Below are positions 22,510 through 32,543 of a DNA stretch of 64,000 bases, in pieces. How positions within the stretch are numbered: position 1 is the stretch's first letter; every line of letters begins with the position of its first letter. The stretch lies in the NCBI GenBank assembly GCA_964610995.1, contig CAZSWF010000001.1:2813-66812 (forward strand), read 5' to 3'. Origin of the DNA: an uncultured Candidatus Saccharibacteria bacterium. Lineage in GTDB: Bacteria > Patescibacteriota > Minisyncoccia > Phycocordibacterales > UBA9973. The position numbers were made by a program, and so were the translations under genes. The notes below the pieces were generated by a model that was given only the letters and a program-made list of their open reading frames with translations, was not told the origin of the DNA and did no database searches.

Positions 22510-23511
22510 TTATTGCGACAAGCTTTCGATCAGGCGTTTGCCTTGTTCAAATAGGTCGAGTGTGGGTAGTCCGTCTGCAGTGAGGAGCACCGAGGTGAAG
22601 TCGTAGGTAGTGGGAGTACCTTTTTCTAATGTCGCAGTCAGTATGCCTGATACACCGAGTATATCTCTGACCACGAGTCGTCCACCTCCGACGAAGTTGC
22701 CGAGTGAGTATGCGACTGGTGCGCCATTGTACACCTCTATTTTGCGTAGTACATGTGGTCCTGCACCGAGCACGAGGTCTGCGCCTGCATCTATCGCGGT
22801 GTATGCGACTTGTTGGACATTACCGCGATCTTCACTACCTACATATTCGTTTACACCTAGTACATCTGTTTTATCTACACCTTCTGCACCCCCATGGAAA
22901 ATGACAATCACAAAGTCATTGGTTTCGGTGAGCTTGGTCACTTCGCGTGTGATGAAGTCGTAGTCGGTAATGGTGCGCGCAGGCTCGGTGCTCGAGAGTC
23001 CGAGTATGCCAACCTTTTTACCTTTTACAACGATACTGGTAGAAGGATTGGTAGGAGAAATGTACGGTATACCAACTTCATTGAGTACTGCCTCGGTATC
23101 AGCGAGTCCTTCGGAGAAATAATCGTACGAGTGGTTGTTGACCAATGATACGAAGTCAAAGCCCGCATCTTTTAATGAATATGCAAATGATGCATCTCCC
23201 CGAAATGCGTGACACATACTCGAGAGATAGATGCATTTGTCCATACGATCTGCCGCTGCAAATGTACCTTCGAGGTTGCCGATCATGAGATCGGGCTTTT
23301 CTAGCTCCTGTTGTACTGTCGCAAATGCACGGTAGTTGTAGTCTGGATCAATGCTTGGGACCATGTCGCCGACCCAGCCGATCGTGATGTTGGTGCGCGT
23401 AGGTGTCGGGGTGACAAATACACTTGTGGGTGCCTGTGCCCACAGAGCACTGGTACCAATGATGCCAGCGATGATCACGAGTGCAATGATAGAACGGATA
23501 GTCGTGCGCAT
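22510..23511 (-). CDS. CapA-family metallophosphatase-like protein
   Basis: VGDM, GNLEG, NNHSYD, FHGG, YSLGNF. Confidence 0.88.
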   Translation of the reverse strand: MRTTIRSIIALVIIAGIIGTSALWAQAPTSVFVTPTPTRTNITIGWVGDMVPSIDPDYNYRAFATVQQELEKPDLMIGNLEGTFAAADRMDKCIYLSSMCHAFRGDASFAYSLKDAGFDFVSLVNNHSYDYFSEGLADTEAVLNEVGIPYISPTNPSTSIVVKGKKVGILGLSSTEPARTITDYDFITREVTKLTETNDFVIVIFHGGAEGVDKTDVLGVNEYVGSEDRGNVQQVAYTAIDAGADLVLGAGPHVLRKIEVYNGAPVAYSLGNFVGGGRLVVRDILGVSGILTATLEKGTPTTYDFTSVLLTADGLPTLDLFEQGKRLIESLSQ

Positions 23512-23515
23512 AGTG

Positions 23516-25447
23516 TTATACGAGTACGTAGTCGAGCAGACGCTTCACAATATCGGCGTTGGTTACCTTGAACCTGACACTATCTCCAATACGAAACTCT
23601 TTGCGAGTCTTGCGACCGACGATTGTCATTTCTTTTTCTCGGTATTCAAAGTAGTCGTTGCCAATATCGCGCAGACGAACCATACCTTCACACTTTGTTT
23701 CTTTTTCTTCGACGAAAATGCCATTGGGAGAGACGCCAGTGATCGTGCCGTTAAATACTTGCCCGATTCGAGTCGACATGTACTCCACTTGTTTGTATTT
23801 GATCGATGCGCGCTCTGCGTCAGCTGCTTCTTTTTCACGTATAGATGAATGACTGCAAACACGGTCGTAGTATTCCCATAGCTCCTTGGGGATTGTGCCG
23901 TTGGCCAGGTAGTGAGTCAGGAGTCGGTGCACGATGGTGTCGGGGTATCGACGAATAGGTGAGGTGAAGTGTGTATAGAACTCAAATGCAAGTCCGTAGT
24001 GACCGATATTTTTCGTACTATATATAGCCTTGGCCATAGATCTGACGATTGCAGTTTGGATCGTTTCTTTTTCTGGTTTGCCGTCGAGTGACTGTACGAG
24101 TTCGTTGAGCGCACGTGCAGGAATGATGCCGTCGTCATTTACCTTGAGGTTGTAGCCCATACGCTTGAGGAATGTCTTGAGGTCTTCCATGCGCTCAGGA
24201 TCAGGGTTGTCATGGACTCGATAGACGAACACGCGCTCGTTTTCTTTGTCACCGGTAGTGATGAACTCCGCGACCTTGCGGTTGGCGAGCAACATGAGCT
24301 CTTCGATCATGTGGTGTGTTTGACCACGCTCTTTGACATATGCAGACAGTGGCACACCGTTCTCATCGAGCTTAAACTTCACTTCGACAGTGTCGAGCAC
24401 CATTGCTCCCGCAGCAAATCGTTTCTTTTCTAGGTCTTGGGCGATAGCGAGCGCAGCTTGGAGTTCTTTTAAAAATGGTCCTTCTTTGGTATCGAGTACT
24501 TTTTGTGCATTTTCGTAGGTAAATCGCTGGTGGGAGTGGATGACTGTCTTGCCATACCATTCATCAACGACATTCATGTGTTTGTCTATAATAAAGACCG
24601 CAGACATAGTGAGACGATCGACGTCGGGGTTCAATGAGCAAAGGTTGTTGGAGAGTGCTTCAGGAAGCATTGGGATCGTGCGGTCAACGAGATACACACT
24701 GGTCGCACGACGGTATGCTTCTGCATCGAGTGCAGTGTCGGGACGCACATAGTGTGAGACATCTGCGATGTGGATACCGACTTCTATCTTGCCATCATCG
24801 AGAAACTGGATAGATATTGCATCGTCAAAGTCTTTGGCGTCTTCGGGATCGATGGTAAACGTGGTGATCTGTCGGAAGTCTCGGCGGTTTGCTTTCTCTT
24901 CTTCGGTGATACCACGCTCGGCAATAGCGAGTGCTTCTGCATCGACTGCGGGTGGGTAGTCGTTATCAAATCCTTTTTCAAGTGCGAGCGAGAGCATCTC
25001 GGCATTGTTCTCGAGTGGTTTGCCGAGCACTTTCATCACTTCTCCGGTCGGGGATTGCATCGGATCAGGCCAGTCAGTGATCGCACAGAACACTTTGTCA
25101 CCTTGCTTGGCACCGGCGAGCTTGGACTCCGGGATAGTGATCGGTGTGTACATGCGACCGTCGTTGGTCACAATGCAGTGTGCGCCTTGTTCAAACGAGA
25201 GGGTACCAGAATAGCCGATCTTGGCACGGCGAGTGATGTCGATCACTTTGCCATACGGGTTGTCATGGTTTGCATTGGGGAGTTCGGTGATCTCCACTTT
25301 GACGATATCGCCATGAAATGCGCGGTTGAGTGCCTCACGTGGGACTTCTACCGCCATTTTAGGGTCACGGACTTTCACAAAGCCAGTACCTTTGGTTGAG
25401 ATATTGATCGTGCCTTCATATGAGGCACCGACTGAGACGTTTTCCAT
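23516..25447 (-). CDS. rnr: Ribonuclease R
   Basis: TIDPEDAKDFDDA, HIADVS, HFTSPIRRYPD, C-terminal S1 domain. Confidence 0.95.
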   Translation of the reverse strand: MENVSVGASYEGTINISTKGTGFVKVRDPKMAVEVPREALNRAFHGDIVKVEITELPNANHDNPYGKVIDITRRAKIGYSGTLSFEQGAHCIVTNDGRMYTPITIPESKLAGAKQGDKVFCAITDWPDPMQSPTGEVMKVLGKPLENNAEMLSLALEKGFDNDYPPAVDAEALAIAERGITEEEKANRRDFRQITTFTIDPEDAKDFDDAISIQFLDDGKIEVGIHIADVSHYVRPDTALDAEAYRRATSVYLVDRTIPMLPEALSNNLCSLNPDVDRLTMSAVFIIDKHMNVVDEWYGKTVIHSHQRFTYENAQKVLDTKEGPFLKELQAALAIAQDLEKKRFAAGAMVLDTVEVKFKLDENGVPLSAYVKERGQTHHMIEELMLLANRKVAEFITTGDKENERVFVYRVHDNPDPERMEDLKTFLKRMGYNLKVNDDGIIPARALNELVQSLDGKPEKETIQTAIVRSMAKAIYSTKNIGHYGLAFEFYTHFTSPIRRYPDTIVHRLLTHYLANGTIPKELWEYYDRVCSHSSIREKEAADAERASIKYKQVEYMSTRIGQVFNGTITGVSPNGIFVEEKETKCEGMVRLRDIGNDYFEYREKEMTIVGRKTRKEFRIGDSVRFKVTNADIVKRLLDYVLV

Positions 25448-25468
25448 TGAGACACTTTAGCACAATTT

Positions 25469-25530
25469 GGTCAGTATGAATATTTTGCGTCCTCGCTGCG
25501 CTGCGGGATGCAAAATATTCATACTGGACC
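25469..25530. repeat. Long palindrome in the divergent rnr/rpsP intergenic region
   Basis: CAGTATGAATATTTTGCGTCC / GGATGCAAAATATTCATACTG arms around TCGCTGCGCTGCG. Confidence 0.8.
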
Positions 25531-25585
25531 TCACCGTGCTTCTTTCGTTGACGCTTCCTGTATATTCTGCTATTATCCGACCTAC

Positions 25586-25891
25586 ATGTTAAAGATCAGA
25601 CTACAACGCATCGGCCGTAAAAACGAACCAGCTTTTCGCCTGGTCGTCACCGATAGTAAAAATGCTGCACAAAGTGGCAAGTTTTTGGAGATTCTCGGTA
25701 CTCACACAGTCAAAAGTGATGCCACTTCATTTAAAAATGACCGCATCCTCCACTGGATCAAAAACGGTGCACAGGTTTCAGACACTGCACACAACATGCT
25801 CGTAAAACAGGGTGTGATCGAAGGCAAAAAGAAAAATGTCTTGTCCAAGAAATCTCCGACCGTAAAGCGTAAGGAACTCAAGAAGAAATAA
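25586..25891 (+). CDS. rpsP: 30S ribosomal protein S16
   Basis: MLKIRLQRIGRKNEPAFRLVV...GAQVSDT. Confidence 0.96.
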   Translation: MLKIRLQRIGRKNEPAFRLVVTDSKNAAQSGKFLEILGTHTVKSDATSFKNDRILHWIKNGAQVSDTAHNMLVKQGVIEGKKKNVLSKKSPTVKRKELKKK

Positions 25892-25897
25892 GATCAC

Positions 25898-25971
25898 GCA
25901 CAAAAACCATATATTTTTTTCGGTCCTCGGGTCAGTTCACCAGACACTCAAAAAACATATGGTTTTTGTGC
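25898..25971. repeat. Long inverted repeat between rpsP and khpA
   Basis: GCACAAAAACCATAT / ATATGGTTTTTGTGC arms, extended by T/A tracts. Confidence 0.75.
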
Positions 25972-26009
25972 TATGATGTTCAATATTATTTGTAATCCAA
26001 TACATACAC

Positions 26010-26315
26010 ATGACTGACAAAGAATTTCTGGAATTTACCGTAAAGTCTCTAGTGGACAACCCTGCCGACGTCGTGATCGACCGTACGGTAGATGAAATGG
26101 GAGTATTGCTGACACTGTCTGTAAATCAAAATGATATGGGCAAGATCATCGGCCGTCAGGGCAACACCGCCAAGGCGATACGTACACTCTTGCGTGTAGT
26201 GGGTATGAAGCACAATGCTCGGGTGAACCTCAAGATCAACGAACCAGCAGGCTACAAAGGCCAGCCCGAAGTCGCCGACCTCGATGACGCAATGGCAGAT
26301 CTCAAGGATCTCTAG
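26010..26315 (+). CDS. khpA: KH-domain RNA-binding protein KhpA
   Basis: LVDNP..V, DMGKIIGRQGNTAKAIRTLL; lies between rpsP and trmD. Confidence 0.92.
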   Translation: MTDKEFLEFTVKSLVDNPADVVIDRTVDEMGVLLTLSVNQNDMGKIIGRQGNTAKAIRTLLRVVGMKHNARVNLKINEPAGYKGQPEVADLDDAMADLKDL

Positions 26316-26421
26316 TATAGATAAGACTACAAACCAGACCTCACAGGTCCGGTTTTGACATGTATAGAAAAGGTGGTAGTCTAAGAAAAACGCTATTTTT
26401 CACCTTTTAAAAATATGAACA

Positions 26422-26739
26422 ATGAAAAAAATATTGTTGATGGTATTTTTCACGATTGCTCTGAGTCAGCAGTCGTGTATTCCCCCAAATCCTTTTTGTG
26501 TAGCGGGTCCATTTCAGCCCAACATGTTTGTTGTAAATAACCTGGCGTTCAACAGGCTCTATCCATTTGCATATGAACAAAACGGCTACTACTATTGTGG
26601 TTATGATCAAGGTGTTCGGTTTTGGTATGACGAAACACGACCCAACTATTGGTTTATACGAAACATGATCGCGACACAAGGACGTGTTCTCGTAAGACTC
26701 TCGTATGACTGGGGGGGAAGACCTGTTCTCTCATACTAA
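26422..26739 (+). CDS. Orphan secreted protein / possible lipoprotein
   Basis: MKKILLMVFFTIALSQQSC signal-like start; own promoter (TTGACA 26355) and terminator (26747-26779). Confidence 0.65.
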   Translation: MKKILLMVFFTIALSQQSCIPPNPFCVAGPFQPNMFVVNNLAFNRLYPFAYEQNGYYYCGYDQGVRFWYDETRPNYWFIRNMIATQGRVLVRLSYDWGGRPVLSY

Positions 26740-26816
26740 TTTCTCCAACGCTTTCGAGAGTATCTCTCTGAGGCGTTTTATTTTGACTTTTTATACAAAT
26801 ATTGTATTGTTATCTT

Positions 26817-27473
26817 ATGAAATTCCATTTTCTCACCATTTTCCCGGACATGATCCACTCGTACATTGGCGAGTCTATACTCAAGCGCGCAGGGGAGAAG
26901 AAACTACTAGCTTTTGATGTGAAAAATATTCGTGAGTTTAGCAAAGACAAGCATCACAAGACTGATGAACGTCCATATGGCGGGGGACCTGGTATGGTCA
27001 TGACAGCAGAGCCGATACTCAACGCATATAACAAATTGAAAATGAAAAAAGAAGGCAAAGTAAAAGTGATACAGCTCTCACCCAGCGGTAAACTGTTTAC
27101 CAATGAAATTGCAAAGAAATTTGCAAAGACGTACTCGGATATTGTATTTATTTGCGGTCGCTACGAGGGAGTCGATGATCGTGTCCGCAAGGTGTTGCGA
27201 GCAGACGAGTACAGTATCGGGCCATATACGCTCACTGGTGGTGAGCTCCCAGCGCTTGCTATGACCGATGCAATCGCTCGCCAGATCCCTGGAGTACTAG
27301 GAAAAGGGGAATCAGTCGAGGAGAGTCGTATCGCAAGTCCACGAGTGTATACTCGTCCAGAAATACTCGTATATAAAGGCAAAAAATACAAAGTCCCCAA
27401 GGTCCTCACCCAAGGGGACCATAAAAAGATCGATGAGTGGCGCCTGGCTGCGCAGGCAGGCAAAGGGCAGTAG
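26817..27473 (+). CDS. trmD: tRNA (guanine37-N1)-methyltransferase
   Basis: RPYGGGPGMVM, LSPSG, CGRYEGVD, SIGPYTLTGGELPA. Confidence 0.97.
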   Translation: MKFHFLTIFPDMIHSYIGESILKRAGEKKLLAFDVKNIREFSKDKHHKTDERPYGGGPGMVMTAEPILNAYNKLKMKKEGKVKVIQLSPSGKLFTNEIAKKFAKTYSDIVFICGRYEGVDDRVRKVLRADEYSIGPYTLTGGELPALAMTDAIARQIPGVLGKGESVEESRIASPRVYTRPEILVYKGKKYKVPKVLTQGDHKKIDEWRLAAQAGKGQ

Positions 27474-27540
27474 AAGTAGGAGGCGTGATATACTACAACC
27501 GTACACATTTTAGTAATTCATTCTTAATGTTATTGATTTT

Positions 27541-28392
27541 ATGACTAATCCGAATGAGAAAGTAGTAGGTGAAGAAAAAGTAAACGAGATACCAGTCGAT
27601 CCACGAGAAACAGTAGCGGCACAAATGTCCGCAACAACGATCGAGCAAGTAGTCGAAGACCCGTTTGCAAAAGGTCGCGAGCGTATGGCAGCAGTGACTG
27701 GATTTTTTTCAAAAGCCAAAGAAAATTTTATCGCGACAAAAAATAAAGTTGGAGCATCGATCTCGCGTTTCTGGTCACGAACAAAAACTGCAGCAAGTAC
27801 TACTACCGCAGCAGTATTATCGTCTGACGTCCTTGCGAGCAGAGCAGACAATTGGGTAAGTGAAAAAACAGAGCAAGTCGGTGCATATATTGGAGAAAAA
27901 GGTGCAGCAGCTGCAAACTGGGTAGACGATAATCTCGAGGCAGGATACGACTGGAGTCAAAAAAAGCGCGAAGATCTTCAGAACTTCATTGAATCCAAGG
28001 CAGATCAAATGACGAACTATGTTGATGGAAAGGTAGAACTTGCCAAAGATGTTGCATTTTATGTCAAAGAAAAGACCACCGAAGGCCTAGATAGAGCAAA
28101 AAATGGTATCAAAAATCAATGGGATAATGTGAAAACATTTGGTGAAAACGCTATTGCATCAGCTAAAATGGAAGCTGCCAAGGTAAAAGAGGTATATCGT
28201 AACAAAATGAATGAAATCCATGCAAATAGACTTCGTGCCGAGTATGAAAAGGCTACTGCACAGGAAATGAAAGCGTCAACCAATCTAACAGAAGCTTCTG
28301 AAAAGGCAACCATTGCAAAGAAGAAAATGGAAGAACATGGTCAAAAAACAGGACTATTACGAGGCTTATCATTAGAAGTTGCGGCTGCATAA
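27541..28392 (+). CDS. Hypothetical all-alpha protein with amphipathic repeats
   Basis: 283-aa ORF rich in A/K/E with periodic aromatic residues. Confidence 0.75.
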   Translation: MTNPNEKVVGEEKVNEIPVDPRETVAAQMSATTIEQVVEDPFAKGRERMAAVTGFFSKAKENFIATKNKVGASISRFWSRTKTAASTTTAAVLSSDVLASRADNWVSEKTEQVGAYIGEKGAAAANWVDDNLEAGYDWSQKKREDLQNFIESKADQMTNYVDGKVELAKDVAFYVKEKTTEGLDRAKNGIKNQWDNVKTFGENAIASAKMEAAKVKEVYRNKMNEIHANRLRAEYEKATAQEMKASTNLTEASEKATIAKKKMEEHGQKTGLLRGLSLEVAAA

Positions 28393-28401
28393 TACAACAA
28401 T

Positions 28402-28770
28402 ATGAATAAAGATACATTTTTACAAAATCTAGAAACTTCACCTATTAGTAATCAACGAAAGCAAGAGATAAGAGATATAGTCGAAAAGGATGGATGGAAC
28501 GACGATACTATTGAACTCATCAAGGATATTATTCAGGCAGATATTGAAAGTGATATGGGTACCCTACCTCCCGAAGACCAGGTTGCTGCAACTAAAGCAA
28601 CCCAAGAACTCAGTGCAAGTCTGGCTACAATAGAGCAGACAGTGGCACAAGATATGGCGTTTGTTGAAGGGGAGATGAACGATCTCGAATCGATGACCAA
28701 AGACATCGAGAAGACCGTGGACGAGACTCAGATAGATACCCTCAAAGAAGATATTACAAAATCAGTCTAA
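28402..28770 (+). CDS. Hypothetical acidic helical protein
   Basis: 122-aa ORF 9 nt downstream of the previous gene. Confidence 0.7.
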   Translation: MNKDTFLQNLETSPISNQRKQEIRDIVEKDGWNDDTIELIKDIIQADIESDMGTLPPEDQVAATKATQELSASLATIEQTVAQDMAFVEGEMNDLESMTKDIEKTVDETQIDTLKEDITKSV

Positions 28771-28836
28771 ACTATAGCTATTGACTTAATATAATATATA
28801 TGTTAATATACATTCAAACCTTAAAATTGATAGTAT

Positions 28837-29112
28837 ATGTCACATACAGATAAAAAATCTCTCAGAAATATTATTAAAAAAGTAAAACAACCATTAAGTG
28901 TTGTTCCACCTCCCGCAAAGGTTATTGTGCACCCCAGTGTGCCCACAGAAGCCATTGCAAAGCCAGTGGATACCACAGATCCGTCAGATCAAGTCCAGCC
29001 AAAACTCGCACTTGCAGAGCAAATACGTGCCAGATATGAGTTGTTCATGAACGATTGCCGTTTGATAGACCGCCAGGTCGATCTTTCAAAACAAAAATAT
29101 AATGGGGAATAA
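28837..29112 (+). CDS. Orphan hypothetical protein
   Basis: Own TTGACT-17-TAATAT promoter (28781-28809); two downstream hairpins (29118-29171). Confidence 0.6.
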   Translation: MSHTDKKSLRNIIKKVKQPLSVVPPPAKVIVHPSVPTEAIAKPVDTTDPSDQVQPKLALAEQIRARYELFMNDCRLIDRQVDLSKQKYNGE

Positions 29113-29173
29113 GTGAGATATGAGCACTCTGTGCTCATATCGAGGCCGTTTCATTTATGAAGCGGCTTTTTAT

Positions 29174-29329
29174 TTGACAGAGTCGATACTCTATACTACA
29201 CTAGATATCCCTACAGATTACGGAAGAGTTGCGATTGATTGCTGTATTTTATTAGACGAGAGAGATAGAAAGCCTCCACCACACTGGTCGGACGGCGATT
29301 TTTGCGTTTATATACCTTTTATATTACCC
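29174..29329 (+). promoter_or_regulatory. rpoB promoter and structured 5' leader
   Basis: TTGACA-17-TACACT, then about 120 nt with hairpin GCC-TCC-ACCA-CAC-TGGT-C-GGA-C-GGC. Confidence 0.55.
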
Positions 29330-32300
29330 ATGAGCAAAACAATAGCTACTTCAACAAAGCGTCCAAAAAAGTATTTTTCTAAATACAAAGAACCATTGGT
29401 CGAGTTCCCCAACCTTATCCAACACCAGATCGACTCGTACAACTGGCTCATCGAAAAGGGTCTCAAAGAAGTCTTTAAAGAATTTACACCTATCAATGAT
29501 TATTCAGGCAAGAAGTTCCAGCTCGACTTGGTCTCATTTCATTTGACACCACCGACGCACGACGAACACTATGCCAAAGAAAACAAACTCTCGCTCGAAA
29601 CAGCACTCAAGGCTCGTATCAAACTAACCAACAAACAAACAGGATCTGAAAAAGAGCAAGAAATCTTTCTCTCTGATATTCCTGTGATGACCAACCACGG
29701 CACATTCATTATCAACGGTGTCGAGCGGTCACTTATCCCACAGCTCCAGCGATCATCAGGAGTATTTTTCACTGAACTTGAAATAAAAGGCAAGCGATTT
29801 TTCGGTGCAAAGATTATCCCCAATCGTGGTGTCTGGATCGAGATCGAGTCTGATCCATCTGGAGAAGTCTTTGTTCGCATCGACAAGAAAAAGAAGTTTT
29901 CTATTATTACACTGCTCCGTGCGCTCGGACTCACCGAAGATGCACTTATTCTCAAACAGTTCAAGGGTGACACTGCACAGGCGATCATCAAGGCTGCTAT
30001 CGAAAAAGATCCAGTCAAAGATCAAACGAGTGCTTTTGTGGAAATATATCGCAAGCTCCGTGATGGCGATCTAGCCAACGCCGACAACGCACGAGAGTTC
30101 GTCAACACACTTTTTGGTGAAGAACGGTACGATCTTTCGCAAGTGGGACGCTTCCGGTTCAACAAGCGCTTTGAACTCGACATGAGTGACAAAGAAATGA
30201 ATCGCAAGACACTCTCTGCGGCAGACATCTCAGTGATCATTGCACACATCATTCACCTCAACACAACTCCAGGAAGCCATCCAGACGATATCGACAACCT
30301 TTCATCTCGTCGTGTGCGTTTCGTCGGTGAGCTCTTGCAATCCAAGATTCACATGGGCTTCACCCAGATCAAGCGTAATGTCCAAGATCGTATGAGTACG
30401 ATCGACGCATCCAATGCGCTGCCGATCCAGGTCGTCAACCAGCGCCCACTACAGGCTCGTATCAAAGAGTTCTTTACGACCAACCAACTCTCACAGTTTA
30501 TGGCGCAAGACAACATTCTCTCAGAGATCGAAGAACTCCGTACTGTTTCAGCGCTCGGTCCTGGAGGGTTGACTCGAGAACGTGCAACACTTGAAGTACG
30601 TGACGTACACACCTCTCACTATGGTCGCGTGTGTCCGATCCATACTCCAGAAGGTCCAAACATTGGTTTGATTTTGCGTCTCGCGATTTACGCACGTGTC
30701 AACGAGTTTGGTATTATCGAAACTCCATATGCAAAGGTAAAAGGAGGCAAGATCACTGAAGAAATCGTCTACTTGAATGCAGCAGAAGAAGAAAAATACA
30801 TCATCGCTCATGCAGGTATGCGTCAAGACAGTAGTATGCTCCCTGATCGAGTCGAAGCTCGTATTCGTACTTCGCCAGGTATTGTCGACAAGAAAGATGT
30901 GGACTTCATCGACGTCGCTCCCAACCAAGCCTTCTCTGTTGCAACCTCGATGGTACCGTTTCTCGAACATAACGATGCAAACCGTGCATTGATGGGTAGT
31001 AACATGCAAAAGCAGGCAGTCCCAGTTATCCGTCCAGAAGCGCCACTCGTGGCAACAGGTATGGAAGAACTTGCAGCGCCGTATTCAGGACGCCTCGTGA
31101 TAGCAGAAGAATCTGGTGAAGTAGTAGCAGTAGATGCTACCAAGGTCACGATCAAAAATGACAAGACAAACAAAGACCACACCTACTCACTGGTCAACTT
31201 CCAGCGCACCAACTCATTCAACGCATTTCATCAACGACCAGTGGTCTCATTGGGTCAAAAGGTAAAGAAGGGGGAGCTGCTCGCCGACACATCAACGACC
31301 GATCACGGACAAATAGCACTCGGACAAAACATGCGTGTAGCGTTCATGTCATGGAACGGCAACAACTTCGAAGACGCGATCATTCTTTCAGAGCGACTGA
31401 TCAAGGATTCCAAGTTCACCTCTATGTACATCGCAGAGTTTACTGCGGTAGTGCGTGACACCAAGCTTGGTCCCGAGGTTACGACACGCGACATTCCCAA
31501 CGTCGGTGAAGCGCGACTCAAGGACCTCGACGAAGAAGGTATCATTCGTGTCGGCGCAGAAGTCAAAGAAGGAGATATTTTGGTAGGTAAAATTACTCCA
31601 AAGGGTGAAACCGAACTCACCCCCGAAGAACGTTTGCTCCGTAGTATCTTTGCTGAGAAAGCGCGTGATGTAAAAGATACATCGTTGAAAATGGATCACG
31701 GCAAACGTGGTCGCATCATCCGAGTCAAGGTATTTTCTCGAGAGCACGGTCACACACTCGAAAGTGGCGTCCTCAAAAAAATCGTGATTGAAGTCGCACA
31801 GCTGCGCAACATCTCTGTCGGTGACAAGCTCGCAGGACGACACGGAAACAAAGGTGTCATCTCTGTGGTGCTCCCCGAAGAAGACATGCCATACATGGCA
31901 GATGGTACACCTGTAGACGTCGTACTTACACCGCTCGGTGTTCCTTCACGTATGAACCTCGGACAGATCCTCGAAGTTCACTTGGGACTCGCGGCTCATG
32001 AGCTCGGCTACCAAGCGATCGTGCCACCATTTAGTGGCGCAACTGACGCTGAGATCAAGGCAGAGCTCGTCACTGCAGGACTCCCAGAAAATGGTCTCGT
32101 ACCACTCTACGACGGCCGTACTGGAGAAAAATATGAGCAAGATATTGCAGTAGGGTACATGTACATCTTGAAACTGCACCACATGGTAGAAGACAAGATT
32201 CACATGCGAAGTATTGGTCCATACTCTTTGATTACACAGCAGCCACTCGGTGGTAAGGCACAAGGTGGAGGTCAGCGTTTCGGAGAAATGGAGGTCTGGG

Positions 32301-32536
32301 CACTCGAAGGGTACGGTGCTGCACACACACTGCGCGAAATGCTTACGATCAAGTCTGACGATATTCGCGGACGTGCAGCGACCTTTGACTCTATTATCAA
32401 AGGCGAACCGATTCGTGAGCCAAACACTCCTGCATCGTTTATGGTGATGTTGAACTATCTCCGTGGACTTGCGCTCGACGTGGAACTCAACTCGTCACAT
32501 GCACCATTACCAGCGGATGAAGAAATAACTGCATAA
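29330..32536 (+). CDS. rpoB: RNA polymerase beta subunit
   Basis: GTFIINGVER, SALGPGGL, GSNMQKQ, GDKLAGRHGNKG, GQRFGEME. Start placed at MSKT; the upstream in-frame extension overlaps terminators and the promoter. Confidence 0.98.
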   Translation: MSKTIATSTKRPKKYFSKYKEPLVEFPNLIQHQIDSYNWLIEKGLKEVFKEFTPINDYSGKKFQLDLVSFHLTPPTHDEHYAKENKLSLETALKARIKLTNKQTGSEKEQEIFLSDIPVMTNHGTFIINGVERSLIPQLQRSSGVFFTELEIKGKRFFGAKIIPNRGVWIEIESDPSGEVFVRIDKKKKFSIITLLRALGLTEDALILKQFKGDTAQAIIKAAIEKDPVKDQTSAFVEIYRKLRDGDLANADNAREFVNTLFGEERYDLSQVGRFRFNKRFELDMSDKEMNRKTLSAADISVIIAHIIHLNTTPGSHPDDIDNLSSRRVRFVGELLQSKIHMGFTQIKRNVQDRMSTIDASNALPIQVVNQRPLQARIKEFFTTNQLSQFMAQDNILSEIEELRTVSALGPGGLTRERATLEVRDVHTSHYGRVCPIHTPEGPNIGLILRLAIYARVNEFGIIETPYAKVKGGKITEEIVYLNAAEEEKYIIAHAGMRQDSSMLPDRVEARIRTSPGIVDKKDVDFIDVAPNQAFSVATSMVPFLEHNDANRALMGSNMQKQAVPVIRPEAPLVATGMEELAAPYSGRLVIAEESGEVVAVDATKVTIKNDKTNKDHTYSLVNFQRTNSFNAFHQRPVVSLGQKVKKGELLADTSTTDHGQIALGQNMRVAFMSWNGNNFEDAIILSERLIKDSKFTSMYIAEFTAVVRDTKLGPEVTTRDIPNVGEARLKDLDEEGIIRVGAEVKEGDILVGKITPKGETELTPEERLLRSIFAEKARDVKDTSLKMDHGKRGRIIRVKVFSREHGHTLESGVLKKIVIEVAQLRNISVGDKLAGRHGNKGVISVVLPEEDMPYMADGTPVDVVLTPLGVPSRMNLGQILEVHLGLAAHELGYQAIVPPFSGATDAEIKAELVTAGLPENGLVPLYDGRTGEKYEQDIAVGYMYILKLHHMVEDKIHMRSIGPYSLITQQPLGGKAQGGGQRFGEMEVWALEGYGAAHTLREMLTIKSDDIRGRAATFDSIIKGEPIREPNTPASFMVMLNYLRGLALDVELNSSHAPLPADEEITA

Positions 32537-32543
32537 CTCGTAT

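Noticed and set aside
29120-29329. 70-aa N-terminal extension of RpoB in the ORF track
   Set aside because: It overlaps terminator hairpins and a consensus promoter and has no RpoB-like sequence; ATG 29330 fits better.
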